This document shows positions 12,700 through 36,775 of a stretch of 64,000 nt of DNA, one piece after another. Source of the stretch: Tubulanus polymorphus (Eukaryota; Animalia; Nemertea). The stretch spans positions 2,604,001 through 2,668,000 of the forward strand of contig NC_134025.1 in the NCBI RefSeq assembly GCF_964204645.1. Reading direction: 5' to 3'. The notes under the pieces were generated by a model, which was not told the origin of the DNA, did no database searches, and saw only the letters and a program-made list of their open reading frames with translations. The position numbers and the translations under genes are program-made. Positions within the stretch are counted from its first letter, which is position 1. Every line of letters starts with the position of its first letter.

Positions 12700-14209
12700 T
12701 ATGAAAACTGCAGAAGCGGCCATTTTTAAGCTCTTCCTCAAGTTGATACTCACTGAGAAGCGTTCCAATTATTACTGGCAACAGAAAATTGGTCAGAGTT
12801 AAACCTATAATGAAATAAATGAGAGAAAATTGTTAAATCATTCAGTTAAAATGATCTTGTAGCAGTTTTGTGAATTTACTTACTGTCCAATACTACTAGT
12901 GCTACCAGTCATACTGCCAGCCATATCAGACCAGTATATAGCAGTGTGCCCTCCTGAATTAGTAAATTTAGGCTTTCATCTATCAAATATACCCCCTCAC
13001 TCACTGACATATGTACGTACAAACGTATGTACCAAACAAATGATAAAACAACTTATTTTAATTTTAAATGAATATAGCCTGCTATAAACCGCTGGGATAG
13101 GGAGGAAAAGTAAGAATTGAAGTAGGTACCGACTGTCAGTAGCGAGATCAGCGTTCAACTTGTAAGAAAATGAAAAGACTGATGATGATAGCACACCACA
13201 ACAGTTAGTCAGTCACACAGACAGAACAGGTCTCCAGGAGAAAAACAGGAAAAGTTGAATTAGGAATAGGTTAATTATTTCTTGTTTCTAGCAGTTTTCT
13301 GGCTTTAAACAGAAAGCTGAGAGAACTATTCAGTAGATATTTCTGTTAAATATAACGAGATCTATTAATCCACCACCTAACAATAGTTCTTTAAAGAGGG
13401 ATTAACCTTTAAACGCTTAATTTATCGTTCTTTTTGTGCTAATTCACAGTTTCCAAAACCAACATGGCGGACGTACTCGAATGGACTCGGACACCGAACC
13501 GGACCACGAACTAACCCGAAAACAGTCACCTGCACCGATTACAACTGAAAGGTCAACACCAAAGCGTTGAACTAACTGTCCAGTCATGTGAAACAGTAAC
13601 CAATTACGAATTGACCATTGTCAACACTCATCGAAGCATCTTGCAGGGAGGACTCCTCTTAATAGATGGCAGCACTATCGAAAAAAGCTGTCAGTAAAAT
13701 GGAGTAATTTCACACACACATGGTTCATCATTATCTCTGTTTGTGTTTTAAACCCTTTTCCTTGATCATTATACACTTAAAAGGTGAATGATATGAGATT
13801 TATGAATATGAACATATTTTCTAAGTTTCATCTTATCTTTGCTAAATACGTAACGTTACCAACAACAAACCAGAATCAGAGTGAGGAAGAATCACACGAC
13901 GACTTGTTAAATGTTGACTGACACTGTCACTTATCACTGGTACTAGAAAAAAGTATGTTTAATAGTAGTCTGAAACCAGTCGTTGTTACGGTTCCCAACA
14001 ACCGGTTCCCTACGTTGTTTGAGGAACAAAGGCTAGGTACTAGGATACTGGGCTCAAAAGATTTTAGTATCAGGTCCCTGTGCTGTGGCAAGAATAAATC
14101 ACCCTGCACTCCGCTCTGCTCTCTCTCATTTCTGTCTTTTATAGAAAAGTGTCTCATCTATCCGTCATCATCAAACTCACACGTCATTCCTTGTTTTACC
14201 TATTTTTAG
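12700..14209. promoter_or_regulatory. Divergent (head-to-head) promoter region between CNOT2 and TCEANC2
   Basis: Start codons point away from each other (12659 minus, 14214 plus). YY1-like motifs GCGGCCATTTT (~12716) and AACATGGCGG (~13461); CTCF-like AGATGGCAGCAC (~13664); 5'UTR splice sites on both strands (minus donor ~12883, plus acceptor 14209). Confidence 0.6.
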
Positions 14210-14213
14210 GGCC

Positions 14214-15344
14214 ATGGATAAATTTGTCGTGAAGAGGCCGCGAACTAAAGATTCTTCTCCGATTAAAAGCCCTAAAAAAAGTAAACAACTTCAGCTGCGA
14301 GATCTCAAAGTGAGTAAAAAGAGTTTTTGGAGCGACTTTTGTATCCCATGAATTATAAACCTCCCAATCCTTTAGAAACCCATTGAATCTTTATGTCATG
14401 ATGATCTGATAATGTTATTTATCTGATCGATGAAAGATTTATCATTTGAATTGTGTTGTTTTATTTTGTAGAGAGTCGTCAACATAGACGACATCAAACG
14501 CTATAAAGCGATGTTAGATCTACCCAAACAGAGCGATGAAAATATTTTGGAAGCGCTCACGGAACTTCAGAAAAAAATCCCTCCGAGACATGTTTTCCAA
14601 TCAACTCAAATAGGTAATTCATATCTGCATTGAAAATTTGTTCAGAACTCAACTGATTTGATTATGATTTATGTATTCTGTTTGTATTTTGTAGGTAAAT
14701 CAGTGAAAAAGTTTCGCAAATCAGAGAACGAAACTATTAGGGAACTGGCGAAAAAAATTTGCAACGAGTGGAATTCGTTTTTCGTGAACCATCAACAAAA
14801 AGGATTATTAGAAGTGAAATGTGACTTGAAAACAGAGAAATTCCGTGAAAAAGCTGCGACATTATTGTCAGAGGTGTTAGAAATAGAGGTAGAATGTGCA
14901 TTATATCAAGGATAACATCTCAATTTAACATCTTCAGGGGTCAGTTGTACATCTTTAACTTAGGTCCAAAGTGATCTATCTTAAGACTGGTCTCATGTAG
15001 TTAGATTGGCTAAAGAACTAAGATGGTCTTAAACTGATCTTTCAGTATTACAGTATTACTGATCCCTGCTTTTGCTTGAAGACATGCCCGGTAATTCCTA
15101 CTGTGCTTAAAAAACAAACCTGATCATTAACTTAATTTTTCAGAACAATCACATTCTAGTGGAGAACATTGAACGAGAAATATTTCATCAAAGCAAAAGA
15201 CTAATGAATAATGTGTATAAAAAAGCCACGCGAACGATGGTGATGAAATTAAAAACGGATAGTAATGCCAGACAGAATCTGCTTGACGGGACAATCAATG
15301 TGAAAGAATTTGTTTCGTTATTCGTCAAAAAGGGCTCAATTTGA
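14214..15344 (+). CDS. TCEANC2: Transcription elongation factor A N-terminal and central domain-containing protein 2
   Basis: Exons ~14214-14309, 14472-14612, 14695-14888, 15144-15344: MDKFVVKRPR...RVVNIDDIKRYKAMLDLPKQSDENILEALTELQKKIP...STQIGKSVKKFRK (TFIIS N-terminal domain), EVKCDLKTEKFREKAATLL, VENIEREIFHQSKRL. Confidence 0.85.
14937..15065. mobile_element. Short Harbinger-like MITE (related to 40715-40920)
   Basis: GGGTCAGT...ACTGATCC ends flanked by CAG/CTG; shares CTTAAGACTG...GTTAGATTGGCTA(N)AGAACTAAG with the element at ~40715-40920. Confidence 0.55.
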
Positions 15345-17312
15345 CGAATTGAAGACTGATCTGTGATGAGCACTCTGTTTTGTGGTGAAATTCTAATGTG
15401 AGGTTAGGATGACCCAGTTTTGCAGTGCTGGTTTAAGTTCGAGTTTAAAAAGTGTAATAAATTGATACTAGAACAAGATCTTATTTGAGAACTGTGAAAC
15501 TGGATCCCGAAGTCAAACTATGACCGTATTTGTGTCTTACCGACTCCATGATGTTTATGTGACGCTGTTTTGATCATGATCTGATCAATATTTAATGCAT
15601 TTATGATCTCCAAACCTAAGAGATATTTATTTAATGAATCTTTTTGTACTCTGTAATTACCTCTTTGTTTTTTGCGTAATATGATTATATCTTAAAACAT
15701 TTTCTATCATGTAAAGTTAATTTCAATGTATTGTGTATCGTGTAGTTAACTTGTCATCATGATTTTGTGAAAATACAATTTTTACTTTTTCCAATGATTC
15801 TGTTCTTATGTCCTTTGTCTGCATGTTTCACATACTCTCTGATGGATTTATGCTCAGCAACAGCTTTAACCTCAGAACTTAGTTGATACACCTTTCACCA
15901 TATATGACTATTTCGTCCACTCGACCAATTCCTAAACCCATGGAACTCCAAAACAAAATAAAACCACTACAGTAATTTATAATTTTCATATTTTATTGCT
16001 GATATTAAGGATTCAACAGTACTGAGAATCATCGAAAAACAGTAGAATTTCAATTCAACATATGCAAATCAATTCCGAATTCTTCCAACACGTGGAACCA
16101 AGGAAATTTATACCGTAATCATTATCTCTACATTTCATCAGCACATGTTAATAAACATCATTGATGAAATAAGTATTGAAAATGTAAGCGAATTATTGAC
16201 AACCGAATATTTCAAAAGGGCACTTAAAACCCCATGTGTAATACTGTACATATATAAAGATAGCCCACAGGATGGATCTACAAGAAACGAATTTGTGCAC
16301 ACTCCTAAAATAGCTTTGTTTTAGTCGACAATATTTTGTAACCAATTGGCTAATAAGCATCAACATCTTAGATGTTTGAATCCAATAAACCATACCCAGT
16401 CCCTCGGATCCAGCCTGGGAATCGAGCTTTATCACAAGCTCTACTTATATCAAAATATATCTTAGTTATTTTGTGCATGCACGTATGGACATTTAATGGA
16501 CGAGGTTTGGACACTTTATCAAAAGAAAATCTGAAATTGTACATTATGGCAGGATTAAACATGAGAACCTTTCCGTACTAAATATGAATCCAAAGCAATG
16601 ATTATTTCAGCTATCTCTGTAATAGAATGCAGCCCTTCTCATCGACTTTCCAAAAGATGATTCTATACGAAGACCGAAATTCCAATTATTCGGAACAAAT
16701 TCAAAATTTAAGTACTAAAAGCTTATAATTACGAAATTGTTCTAGCGCTGATATTACATTTAGATTGAAAATCATGTGTTTTTAAGAAAAAATGACTGTT
16801 CTGACTTGACCAGTAAAATCTGATGCAATTATATCGTAAACTGAATGAAGAAGCGTTTCAAAGATGAGATTAATACATTTAAAGTGAACGAAGCCTGGAA
16901 TTGCAATCAATACTTACAATTCCAATAACTGATTTACATGTAAAAATAGTAATCAATGATGATTATAATAATAATATTAATGATAATAAATTTCCTATGT
17001 TCTACATGAAGTTAGATGAGAAGTTTAGTCAGAATTTAATAACAAAGTTAAGCCGTGAACTTATCAACGTGTGCGCTCAGGTTCAGCAAGATTTAACACA
17101 GACAAATTTGGTCGATTTTCCTACGGTAAACAAATGATCCGATATTAATATTTCAGGATTCAATTAATGTTCTACGTAGCCGATACACGCAAACTGAGAG
17201 TGATAAATATAATCTAACATGTTTAATCTAAACGTCCTTTTGAGCTGAATTTTAAGTCACGACAAGTCCTGAATTACATGTAATTAACCTATACAGTTCA
17301 TATGATACATAT

Positions 17313-17352
17313 TTATATATAGATATATATATATATATCTATACATATATAT
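17313..17352. repeat. Imperfect (TA)n microsatellite in the ERM 3' UTR region
   Basis: tatatatagatatatatatatatatctatacatatatat. Confidence 0.8.
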
Positions 17353-18605
17353 CACAAAATCATATCATTATGAAATATTTTCAGCTTCTACTTATATAAA
17401 ACATCCATTATATTGTAGCTTTAAGTTAACGGCCTTGGCGCAAGGATTGCGACTTGAAATATTACTTATATAAAACAATACCATATGACACTTCATTAGT
17501 TTTCTGATCCCTATCATATTTCTCCCTACAACTTGGAGCAGCTTCTCGTTTTAATTCTATAAACCGTATAATAATCGTATTTATTCATATATTCATTCGG
17601 ATAAACTCAAATATAACGTCAGGTGGGCTAATCACAGCGATAAGATAGGTCCTTCTGAAAAGTGGTCCGCTCGGTTCCAGGTTAAATACCTCTAATGATA
17701 ATAATAACCCTGGTTAAAACTACACAAAAATAAATTCTTGAATTACGTAAATCATAATGAAAATAACATAACTGTTGCATTGCTTCGAGAAATTCAAGTA
17801 TCTTGGGGGGTGATTTTTCACCATTTGATATTAAACGACAAATCATTCGGATGGTCAGCTCTATATAGCACAGCACCTTGTGTGAATCTAAACACATTTC
17901 ATAAACCGTTCTATGAACATTCTACATAAAAGTCATCGATATCAAGCACCTAATCAATAAATGGAATTATACAAGATGAATCTTACAACCTGAACTAAAC
18001 AATGCAGATAGAAAGATATTCATCAGCATCATAAAAATGGAATGTGATGATTAAGCAGTTTGCGACAATCAATATCAACATTGATTTTAATGAAACTGAA
18101 CTATAATTTGGCAGACTTTAGTTGGATCCCTGTTTTAATCATCCCTAAACGACCTTACGATCAAACCGACAATCTCTGTACAATCAGATAGACTGACTAA
18201 GTCTCAGTCGCCGTGATCCCACTCTATCGACCGAACACTGGCTATAATACATGTAGTTATAATCAATAATAATAACAATAATAATACATGATATTTCTGG
18301 TAATTATCATTTTGGCCGGATATTGTACCAAACGTATGCCCCCAGTTATACATAACAACTTCATGATGATTAACTAAGAAATGTACCGAAGGAACAGAGA
18401 TGAATACCGTCAACTATCACTAGGTTGAATCTGATACTTTTTAATCAAACTACGCACTCGTTCAGTGTTCCTTCAGCGACATTTCTCACTCTCTGTAGAA
18501 AGCTTACAAATTTTCGTATTAATACAGTTTATTTATCTTTATTTATTTATATATATGTATGTATAAACCGATTATGTATATATGATATCGCAGATGTTGA
18601 ATGGT

Positions 18606-27557
<8,952 letters not shown>

Positions 27558-29199
27558 TGCGCTAGATTGATTTATTATTAATATTCCTCGATAAAATTAA
27601 TTCCGAAAAAAAAAAAACAAAACGACACGAAAGCTTTATAACGGTACAAACTAGCGCGAGAAAGAGTCGGTTTTGATTTCGTCGAGTGTTGGGTTTATTC
27701 TACGACACTACCACGCCTTTTAAAGTAAACCACTGTGTGTGAATTAACGGGGGAAGTATTACTATATGTGGAAACCCCACCCCAGTACAGTCACACTCTA
27801 TACATATTACTAGCCCTATTGTTTAGTTTAAGTGTACACTGGAACTTCATATAGATATTTACTTTACAATGAACTGCGCATACTTCAGGTATAGGTGCAG
27901 TTATAACCTAGTTTCGTTGGGCTACGAAAAACAAGTTAGTAGCTTCAGCGATCTCAATGAGACACAACATTTAATTCTCCATTTCATAAAGAGATCTTTC
28001 GGCACTCAAAAAGGTATTACAGAATGGAATTGCGTTAAAGCAAACAAAATGCAATAAAATATTTCGAAAATATAAGGACGTTATTCGACAGAAAAAATTA
28101 TTACCTAGAAGACTAGACTACTCGATATGTCTTCGGGAAAAATGAGAGTGATTTGACATCGAACAGTTTAATTGAAATGAAAAATTTTGAGAATATTTAG
28201 ATTTTTGTAGAAGGCCCGAGCTCTTAAAAAGCGCAGAAACTATGCTAAAACAGTAGACAGACCTCATGGCCGTGCGTGATGAACAAATAAACTGAAGGCC
28301 AGATTCAAAATAACGTCGAACACCGTCACGATAAAGGATTAAAGTTTTTGCTATAGTTTTTCTCATTATTGTTCATTGCTATACAAACTAGGCCATTAAT
28401 AATATAAATAATATATAATGGAGTATTGATCGTGATTGTGCATTTACTACTAGAGACTGTGGAGAGATATTTTATACCAAACATACTCATAATGTATATA
28501 TTGAATTATTGAAGCCTAAACTACAATGTGTACATTCCGCGAGCTAATCGCGAAATGATGACAGAAAGTTAATACATAGTTACACAGCAACAGCAGCAGC
28601 AGCAGCCTGCGCTGTACGTACGTGTGTTAATACTAACCGATTTTGGTGCCATCGTACTGAAGTGAAGGAATTCTAATTCTTCCTGGAAAATAATCAACAA
28701 GCTTTCTTTTTATTAAAGGTGAAAAATTGCAACGAAAAGTCCAGTTTTAAATCGTTGTTATAGCTGTTGCACTTTGATTAGCCTTAGGGGTGGGTCAACC
28801 TTCCAAATCATCTAAAATTAGACTTCACATTTTTTAAACAAATTATACAAAATCTATATCTAGCCAGGCCTATTTGAAATACAGTGACAGCGATATCTAG
28901 TCGTGAACAAATTATGCAACAAAGTTGTATTTTCATCTTCAAATCAGTGTTCTAGCTGTGGTTGTACATTGCCTGAAAGGAAGCAAAACTGCCATGAAGA
29001 TCTGGCTGGACTTCCCAAAAAATCTAGACTTTTTTTCACCTAAATTGTAAATTTGTCTATTAAGCGCAATTACCTCATGAAATACAGTAAATCTCAGTGA
29101 TCTCTATATCTACACTAGTGACCAGTACTCGTCAGGTAGTGGTAGTAACCTGACAGCTAGTTAACGCTAATTAGTTTACGACAGTACTGTAACTGACGT

Positions 29200-29760
29200 G
29201 TGTGTGACGACTGTCGAATCGAGGAAAAGCCGGAAGTGATTTTCACCACACAAGTTTCAGTAATATTTATGAATGTTACATAAACAGTCACTGCAAACAG
29301 TTCACATACGATGATAAAACTATTTTTTCCCTAACGTCTGACGTAGATATTACTTAATAAATCACTTTCGTTAGAGCGTTATAGCTGTACTTACCGGCAC
29401 AACTATAGACAGTATCGCGAACGTAAAAAACCAATATGGCCGCGACCGATGGGTGGATCCCGGTATGTGTCAATCAAATACCAACCGCGCGCCTTATGAG
29501 TAATCAAATCAAACAGCGGTCAAATAAACGAAGGGTCAAATTTAAAACGGATTTATTTAACCGTAATCTTTCAATTATAATACAGCTAAACAGAAAATAC
29601 GGTGTTGTATCGGGATTACATTTTTGGGTTTCGAAACCATTTTTGTGGTTTGTTGGCGATCGCGGGAAATCTATCGCGGGTTCGAATCCCATCATAAGAC
29701 TGTACGTCAGTTCAAACCTGAATCGCGGCGCGAGTTCGATTTGATCTACGACCAATTATC
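29200..29760 (-). promoter_or_regulatory. Probable distal promoter and non-coding first exon upstream of ERM
   Basis: Locally CpG-rich; ETS motif CCGGAAGT (~29230); YY1-like AATATGGCCGC (~29433); strong minus-strand donor CCG|GTAAGT at 29395/29394. Confidence 0.5.
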
Positions 29761-32271
29761 TAACTTAGATAATTGCTCGTAGATTTGATGAAGTGCAACC
29801 ATCTAAGAGCAGTCCATGGTGCAACCTAACCTACTGACTTGTGCGATGAATATAAGCACGTATACTAAAAACATGCATTACACCCGCTGTTTCATTGATA
29901 AAATGTGGTGAATCCCCCTTTTAGCACAGTTGATCAGTTTGTGAACTTAGGTCGTTAGAACGCGAAATGCGTACTTGCACGAGAATAGTTCACCCAACGC
30001 CAACCTATGGCAAATCTAAAGATTCCGCGAGTGTGGCCATGGAAGGATACTGGATCTTACGTCAACTCCCTAATCTAACCAGAGAATATGACAGCTAAAA
30101 TAGTGATATGCATTGTGACCCGACCATATTGGACGTCTGTTGAAATGATACCCTAGGAAAGGTTAAAGATTTAAAAGAAAATTTCTGAATTTCCCGCAGC
30201 CCTTCCTCAGTAAAAAATCACAACTTTTTTTACATTCCAATTAAACAAAAAAAAAAACAGCAAAAACTTTTTCTTTCTATTACTTTATTGGTCTATCATT
30301 ATTCACCATAAGAGAAGATATTTTTCATAATAGTTTGTCCATTTTTCCGCATCTATCTCAGCACATTTATAACAGCAACCTTTCAATCATCAAATTGGAA
30401 AAACTAATTTCTAAAACATTCTAACTTGATACATAGAGATTAATTCTTTTTTTAATGTAAAGCAATAGCAAAGATGCAGTAAAAGCTGCAAACTGCCCAG
30501 TGGGCAAATTATATGTTTCTCCAGATAACAATTTTGGAAAAAACGATTCATAACAACATTCAACGAGTTACATTCAAATATTCATCCAACAAATAAATAA
30601 CATTACACCACTCTTTCAAAATATGTGTATTAACAAATAAGCTCAACAAATTAGACAAAATTCAAATTTTTGACTCTAAAAAACTGAGAATAAACTCTCT
30701 ATTTACTACTTCTACTACAACTATTAGTTTACCTACTGGGTATAAATGCGGGGAATAAGGCATGATAGATACGTAAATGCATAGCGAGGGACAAAAACCA
30801 AAATACTTTTTGCATGGAAGTAAACCCATGAATTTGGCATTTCAGCGCATTTTTTTTTTAGGAAATTACTGAAAAATTAATCAATGAAGGGAAAATTCAA
30901 CAGGAAACATTTAAATCTCATACAATAGTGTACAAAACAATTTTGGGCATATCACTGTGTGATTTTCTGCCCAGTCAGTCGAAAACAACTGATCTTTTGG
31001 AATATTTTTCACGGCATCGGACACTTTGTATAAATAAAATTAGTATAAACCAATGAGACAAGTACTCCATTTAACAATATCAACTAAGCTAACGACACAT
31101 AGACTAAATTATTGAAAATCAATTTGTGTACAAAAAGTGTGCTCTATTTTGTTCCAATTTCATATGCAATCCGAGTAAAATACAATTTAAAAGAATTTTT
31201 ATGTCGAAGCTGAAAGTTTATAAGTAAACTTACAGCGACCCAGAATTGTTGATTTAACCCATAAATACCCAAGTTTCAATACTTTAGAGCACTTAATTTC
31301 AAGAGCATTAGAAATTATCAGCATTTTCATCTCATTAGTCAATATATCATAGCAATACAGTTTAACTAATCATTCGTTCAATTGACGCAGAAATATCTAC
31401 ATTGTACCTCATTAAATACCGAGGAAGTGATAAAAACCCTGAGACAATTTCTGATCTCTCATCAAAGTCAATCTGTTTATATATCATACAGAGGTGGGCT
31501 ACATATTTGTTCATTTTAATACAATAATAATTTTAATACATTCGTTGAAATCCTCAGGTATAATCAATACAATATGTTTTAGAAAAGCATTACCAGTAAA
31601 GTAATTTAGCAGTTGTATCTGCCTCATATAAACACACATTTTACATACCTTTTTTGGTAAACCGGTCTTTTATAACTAGCACTGACCCAGTTTTGCATAG
31701 GTGGGACTGAATGTAGTTAAAAATTAGCTCTTTCATCAATAATACTATAATTGTTCCACAGCATTCTTGAACGTCAAAGTTAATACATCATCAAAATGAA
31801 AGTTCAATAAAAACATCACAGATTTTCTATTGTTTGATTGAAATGTATGTTCTTGATGAGCAAATTAATTCTCATACACCATTATCAAGGACATTTAACG
31901 TTTGATTGCATTTGTACAGAATGGTGGGTCTTACTTTGTTTTAAAAATAGGGAATGTTCGGATAATTAGAGCAAACATTAATATATATATAAAATATTGA
32001 TTTTGCTTCCATCATAACCAGGAATTATGAACTGCACTTGGCTTCAACTGTTTGTTACATCATATATGAATACTATTTTTGGATATGTAGAAAAAGCTAT
32101 TAGCATTGGAAGAATAAAGCCAGTGTTTCAAATACATCAACACCGGTTAAAATATTATAGAATGAATGAGATCAGAGCGCAATGTTATTATAGTAGCAAT
32201 ACATCTTATATATTCGTTCAGGAACTTTTTCTGGATTTCAAGATATCTGCGTAAAATCTACATTCCATGGT

Positions 32272-35200
32272 CTAATGTCTCAAGAAAGGAATAGCAGACT
32301 TGGGTCGACTCACTTCTTTACTGTTATTGTCTTTAGTTTCTTTAAGATTGCGTTCTGATGATCTTCGTTTGAGTACCGGTCCACGTTCAACTTGACGCGC
32401 TCTCGTTCCGAACTGCAAACATTGCATAGTTTCGGTCACGAAACGAAGTACAGGCGAAACACATAACATCAACATCAGTTTAGCATCTCCACCTAAAAAT
32501 ATTAAACACGCCATTTAGATTAGAAGCAGAGTCAATTACAGAGTTTGGAGAACCCTCTCCCTGGGCATCAAATGTAAATTGTCATGAGAGCACTGCTCAG
32601 ATTTATCAGAAGCCAGAAATTGTAGGCAGGAAAAAATTCTAATCAGGATTTAACATTAAAGACTGCAAAGCTTGGAAAGAACAGCTACATGGTAATATGA
32701 GACTAGAAATGACCTGAATCGTGAAATTAAACAACATTGAAGTTAATGACCAGAGACTAGATATAGTAAATAGAAGATATGTTAGTAGTATACCTATAGA
32801 ATCAGCGAGTAAGTGTGTCAGTTTACAGTTTCTATACGGAACATGAGAGCGTTTGTCCGATAATGCACCCAAAACATCAGCTAATGCCGATAAACTTTTG
32901 TTGATATTCGAAGCTTCTCTCAACGCGGCACCTTTAACACCAGACATTCCTGAAATCATTAACAAGACGATAGAAATTTTATACTGATGGGAAACAGATA
33001 ATGACTTCATTTCATTTATCAACACCAAGATATAATTGGATGAAAAAGTGTTTGTACTTGATGAAGACTGAAAAATTATTATTCCGAATGATTATTTTCA
33101 TATAAAATTCAAATGATTTTACTATAACGTTAAATTATGCTGATTTCCAAAAGCAAAAGCTGGGAATCGTGCGGTATGGCAACTCAGATTGAAATGCCTT
33201 CAAACATTCCGAAGATTGATGAAGATAATAATGATGATACGTGTTATAAGTAAGGTAACTCACCAACACATTCACTTCCAGCCAAATCAACCAGTTGCAG
33301 TTTAACTCGTGTTTGTGGTAAACTCGTGGACGGAGATGAGGAACGACTAGACAAGGAACTAGTACTTCCTGAAGCTTGCAGCGAATTCTTTCTTGCTCGG
33401 AATGAACCTCGTGGAGATGCTGTAAGCAAAAGAATAAAATCTTCGTCAGATCCATGATTACAATAGCTATGATCTGAATCAACTGTACAGAGACTGTAGA
33501 CGTACACGGAACAGACAATGTATCGCTATTTGATCGGATTTTAGTGATCGGAGATTCAGGTGGACAGCAGCATGTTTTATAGATACTAATAGTCACCACC
33601 AGGTGGCTACGACTGGAATGCTCGTGGACAGCAGTAGTTGTTTCTTGTCGATTTTTCAAACCTTGATGAATATATGTCATGATTGTTTCAACATTTTCAG
33701 CAACTCTGAAATACACACGAATAGAAAATTCAGTTGAAAAATTACAAAGAGTATATCGCACATCTATTGTCGTTATCACGAGGTTTTTACTGCCAGAGCT
33801 TGAACAGATCAGGGGGAATCCAAAATTGCCAGATATCACTGACCCTTGATGAAAAAATGAATTAAATCTTTTAAATTATAATATATTCTTAGTGGGGGCT
33901 ATATTCTCAGTCAGAATTCCCTGAATAAATCCGGAATTCCCTGATTTACCTGATCTGTAAGGTCCCTGTACTATCTTAATTGATGGCAAGTTACTTACTT
34001 GGATACGACAGTAGGTGTGTGCATTCCCCCATCCGGATCTTTCACAACATCATGTTTAACAGTAGCATCCGAACCCAGCAAATCTCTTATTTCATTGTTA
34101 TATATTTCAACTACTGAGATTTCTACTGTGTGTGAACCTTCCGGCCATTCTTCGAGCAACCTACATCGAAAACAATTGTTTTACATCAAACACTCAACAA
34201 ACAGTAGATATCAAGAGGAGGATATTTGAGAAGAAGTGGTTAGACTCTCAGATTACAGGTAATGGGTTCAAGTGTGTCCCTGGGCAAAATACTTATCCCT
34301 CATTGGCTCTATCCATCAGGAGTAAACAGGGATCTGGTCAAATGGATGACCCCTGAGCACTAAGTAGCAACTCTTGTAATACATCTCATCAGGGAGAGAT
34401 GACCGGTTCAATAAGAGATAGATAGGCTCGGGGTCAAAATAACATTAAAAGTAAACTGAAAGGATTGAACGCTGTATTCAAATATTATATAGGATTCATA
34501 TGCTCTATTAATGACAATAATTATATCAAACCTGAATAATTCCCTGTTAGCTCGAGGTACGAGGCCTTCATCGTCATTTGTGACACTCAAATCGAAGTCC
34601 GAGTCATTTCTATGACTACCAATCATAGAATGTGTTTTACCACTTCCTGTTTGACCATAGGCCATTATACATACATTATACCTGCAAAAAAAAACATTAT
34701 GACAAATTATTATCAATCGATTACTGGAAAATTAAATTCAAATACAGGAAGATTGTTATTTACCCATCTAGCAATGAGGTAATCAATGGCTGGACATCTT
34801 TGAATACATCCATTTGTGTTGTGGACATTCCAAGTACCCTAGAATTCATTAATACCAAACACACATATAAAAAATATGATATATTTACCAATATATCAGT
34901 GGTATAGATAACAGACATTTCATAAGAATTAAACTGATGAAAATGAAAGGCAAATTCTTCCGATTTTTTAATTCTAAAAAAATAGATTTGGCGTTTAATC
35001 TTATAGATTTGTACATAGTGGGTTTTAATCTTATCATCTGTCTGTCCTCCACGTTTAAAGTGAACAGAGGCTTTTCTTTCAACAAAAAATGTTTTACTAT
35101 TACCTGTCAAATTCAAACACTTTTGTTTGTTTAGATGTGTTTACCACTAGAAGTTCCTAAAAAAATTCAAATTTTACAAAACAATTACCAGAACCTATCA

Positions 35201-36775
35201 TTTCAAAACCTTTCAACTGAATTAAGTTCACAATCAGTGTTACATACCTCATCAATTGGGTTAACAATTTCTTCGGATGGGGTCCCCTGCCTGAAATCAT
35301 GAAATAACAATAATCAATCAATGAAATTACTGTTTCAATACAAAAATAGAATGAGGTAATGTATGAAATATTCATTACATTCCAACAGTGTCATGATCTT
35401 GCCCAGCGCTGTCAAAATCCAATAACGGTCTCAATCGACAATGGACCCGTATATTGCCCCTTAGTTCCTGAAAATTATATAATTTACCAACATTATCATT
35501 TTATTTCAGAAATCAAAGCACAAAGTTTTCAGATTATTCAATTATTACCATCAGAAGATTATGCAATTCTTTTCTCCTTTTCTTTTCTTTAGTGTATTTT
35601 TCATCGAGTTCAGTATAAGAGGCTTGGATTGTTTTCACAGATTTTTCAGTTTCGGACAATTTTTCAGTAAGCTCTAATATAATAACGATAATACAATTAC
35701 ATATTGATATCAACAACTAAAGACTGTAACTCAATGGGACAAGGAGGAACTTACCACTTATTTCAGTTTTATAAGCCGTGTCTTGTTTTAATGAGAACAG
35801 TGGAGCTATATTACCCTGATTCAAATGAGATAACGCCATCTGACATTGTTCTTCAAATTGCTGGGGCAAGGTACATGCAGATTTTCTCACAAGAGTCAAT
35901 TCCTCTCTTAAAATCTAGAAAAACGAATCGTTCCCTCAGCTAAATGAATTCAAAATTTCAAAGCATTTCACATTTGAATTTTCACTTTTCCCAAACAGAA
36001 AAGTTCCAAACTTCTAAATATTTCCAAAGCCAGAAATATTATTTTGAAATGAATTAAGATTTTGAAAGTTTGAAGATTTCCCTGTACTGTGAGACACATG
36101 AAAAAATGTGAAATACAATAATCATGATTCACATTGATTATCTAAACATTCATGACTGATAGGTAGATTACACGTATTATCAGCTAACTCCAGACCGAGA
36201 TAGAAATAATACCTGGATTTCAGTTTTTAAGCGACTCAAATTGATCGTAATTTGTCGACTTTGATATTGTTCACCGAGAAACATCTGAAGTGCATTGTCT
36301 CTAGCGAGTCGAGCGCTCTGAAGGCTTCCCTCTAGTTGTGCAAGTTTCAAATAAAGCATCGCATTTTCAGTTTCGAGGCTGAAAATCCTTTCATCTTTTC
36401 TCTGAAAAACAGAATTTAATCTTTCAGAAAATAATGCAAATGCATCAAGAGAAATTTACAACATTCCAACGAATGTCAATGACTCATCAACAAGCCACTT
36501 CCTGACCTGCCTCATTATTGTTTGTAGGGCAATTTTCCCCCCACTCAATTTCCCACTAATAAACAAAGTAACTTTTAAAAATAAATGCGATAATTGATTT
36601 CTAGAATAAAATTTCAACTCATTCAGGTATTCTCTAGAATTTCACATACCCTGATGTTGCCTTCGTAAATCTTGATTTTTTCGTCCAACACGTAATTCGA
36701 AATCGTGTTGTTCTCGCCGTCTGACGATACTATCGATTTACGTGAGATTACTCCTCTCCGTTCACTAACACTCAT
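32272..36775 (-). CDS. KIF25: Kinesin-like protein KIF25 (kinesin-14 family, C-terminal motor)
   Basis: Exons ~36650-36775, 36213-36401, 35755-35914, 35549-35673, 35380-35468, 35248-35290, 35104-35156, 34763-34838, 34532-34681, 33999-34160, 33505-33705, 33262-33420, 32794-32949, 32272-32491. [14 protein letters not shown] neck, P-loop [54 protein letters not shown]; N-terminal [15 protein letters not shown] is characteristic of KIF25-type proteins. Confidence 0.88.

Noticed and set aside
29650-29700. tRNA or tRNA-derived SINE (GCGGGTTCGAATCCC T-arm/B-box)
   Set aside because: No A-box, acceptor stem or cloverleaf around it; at most an isolated B-box.
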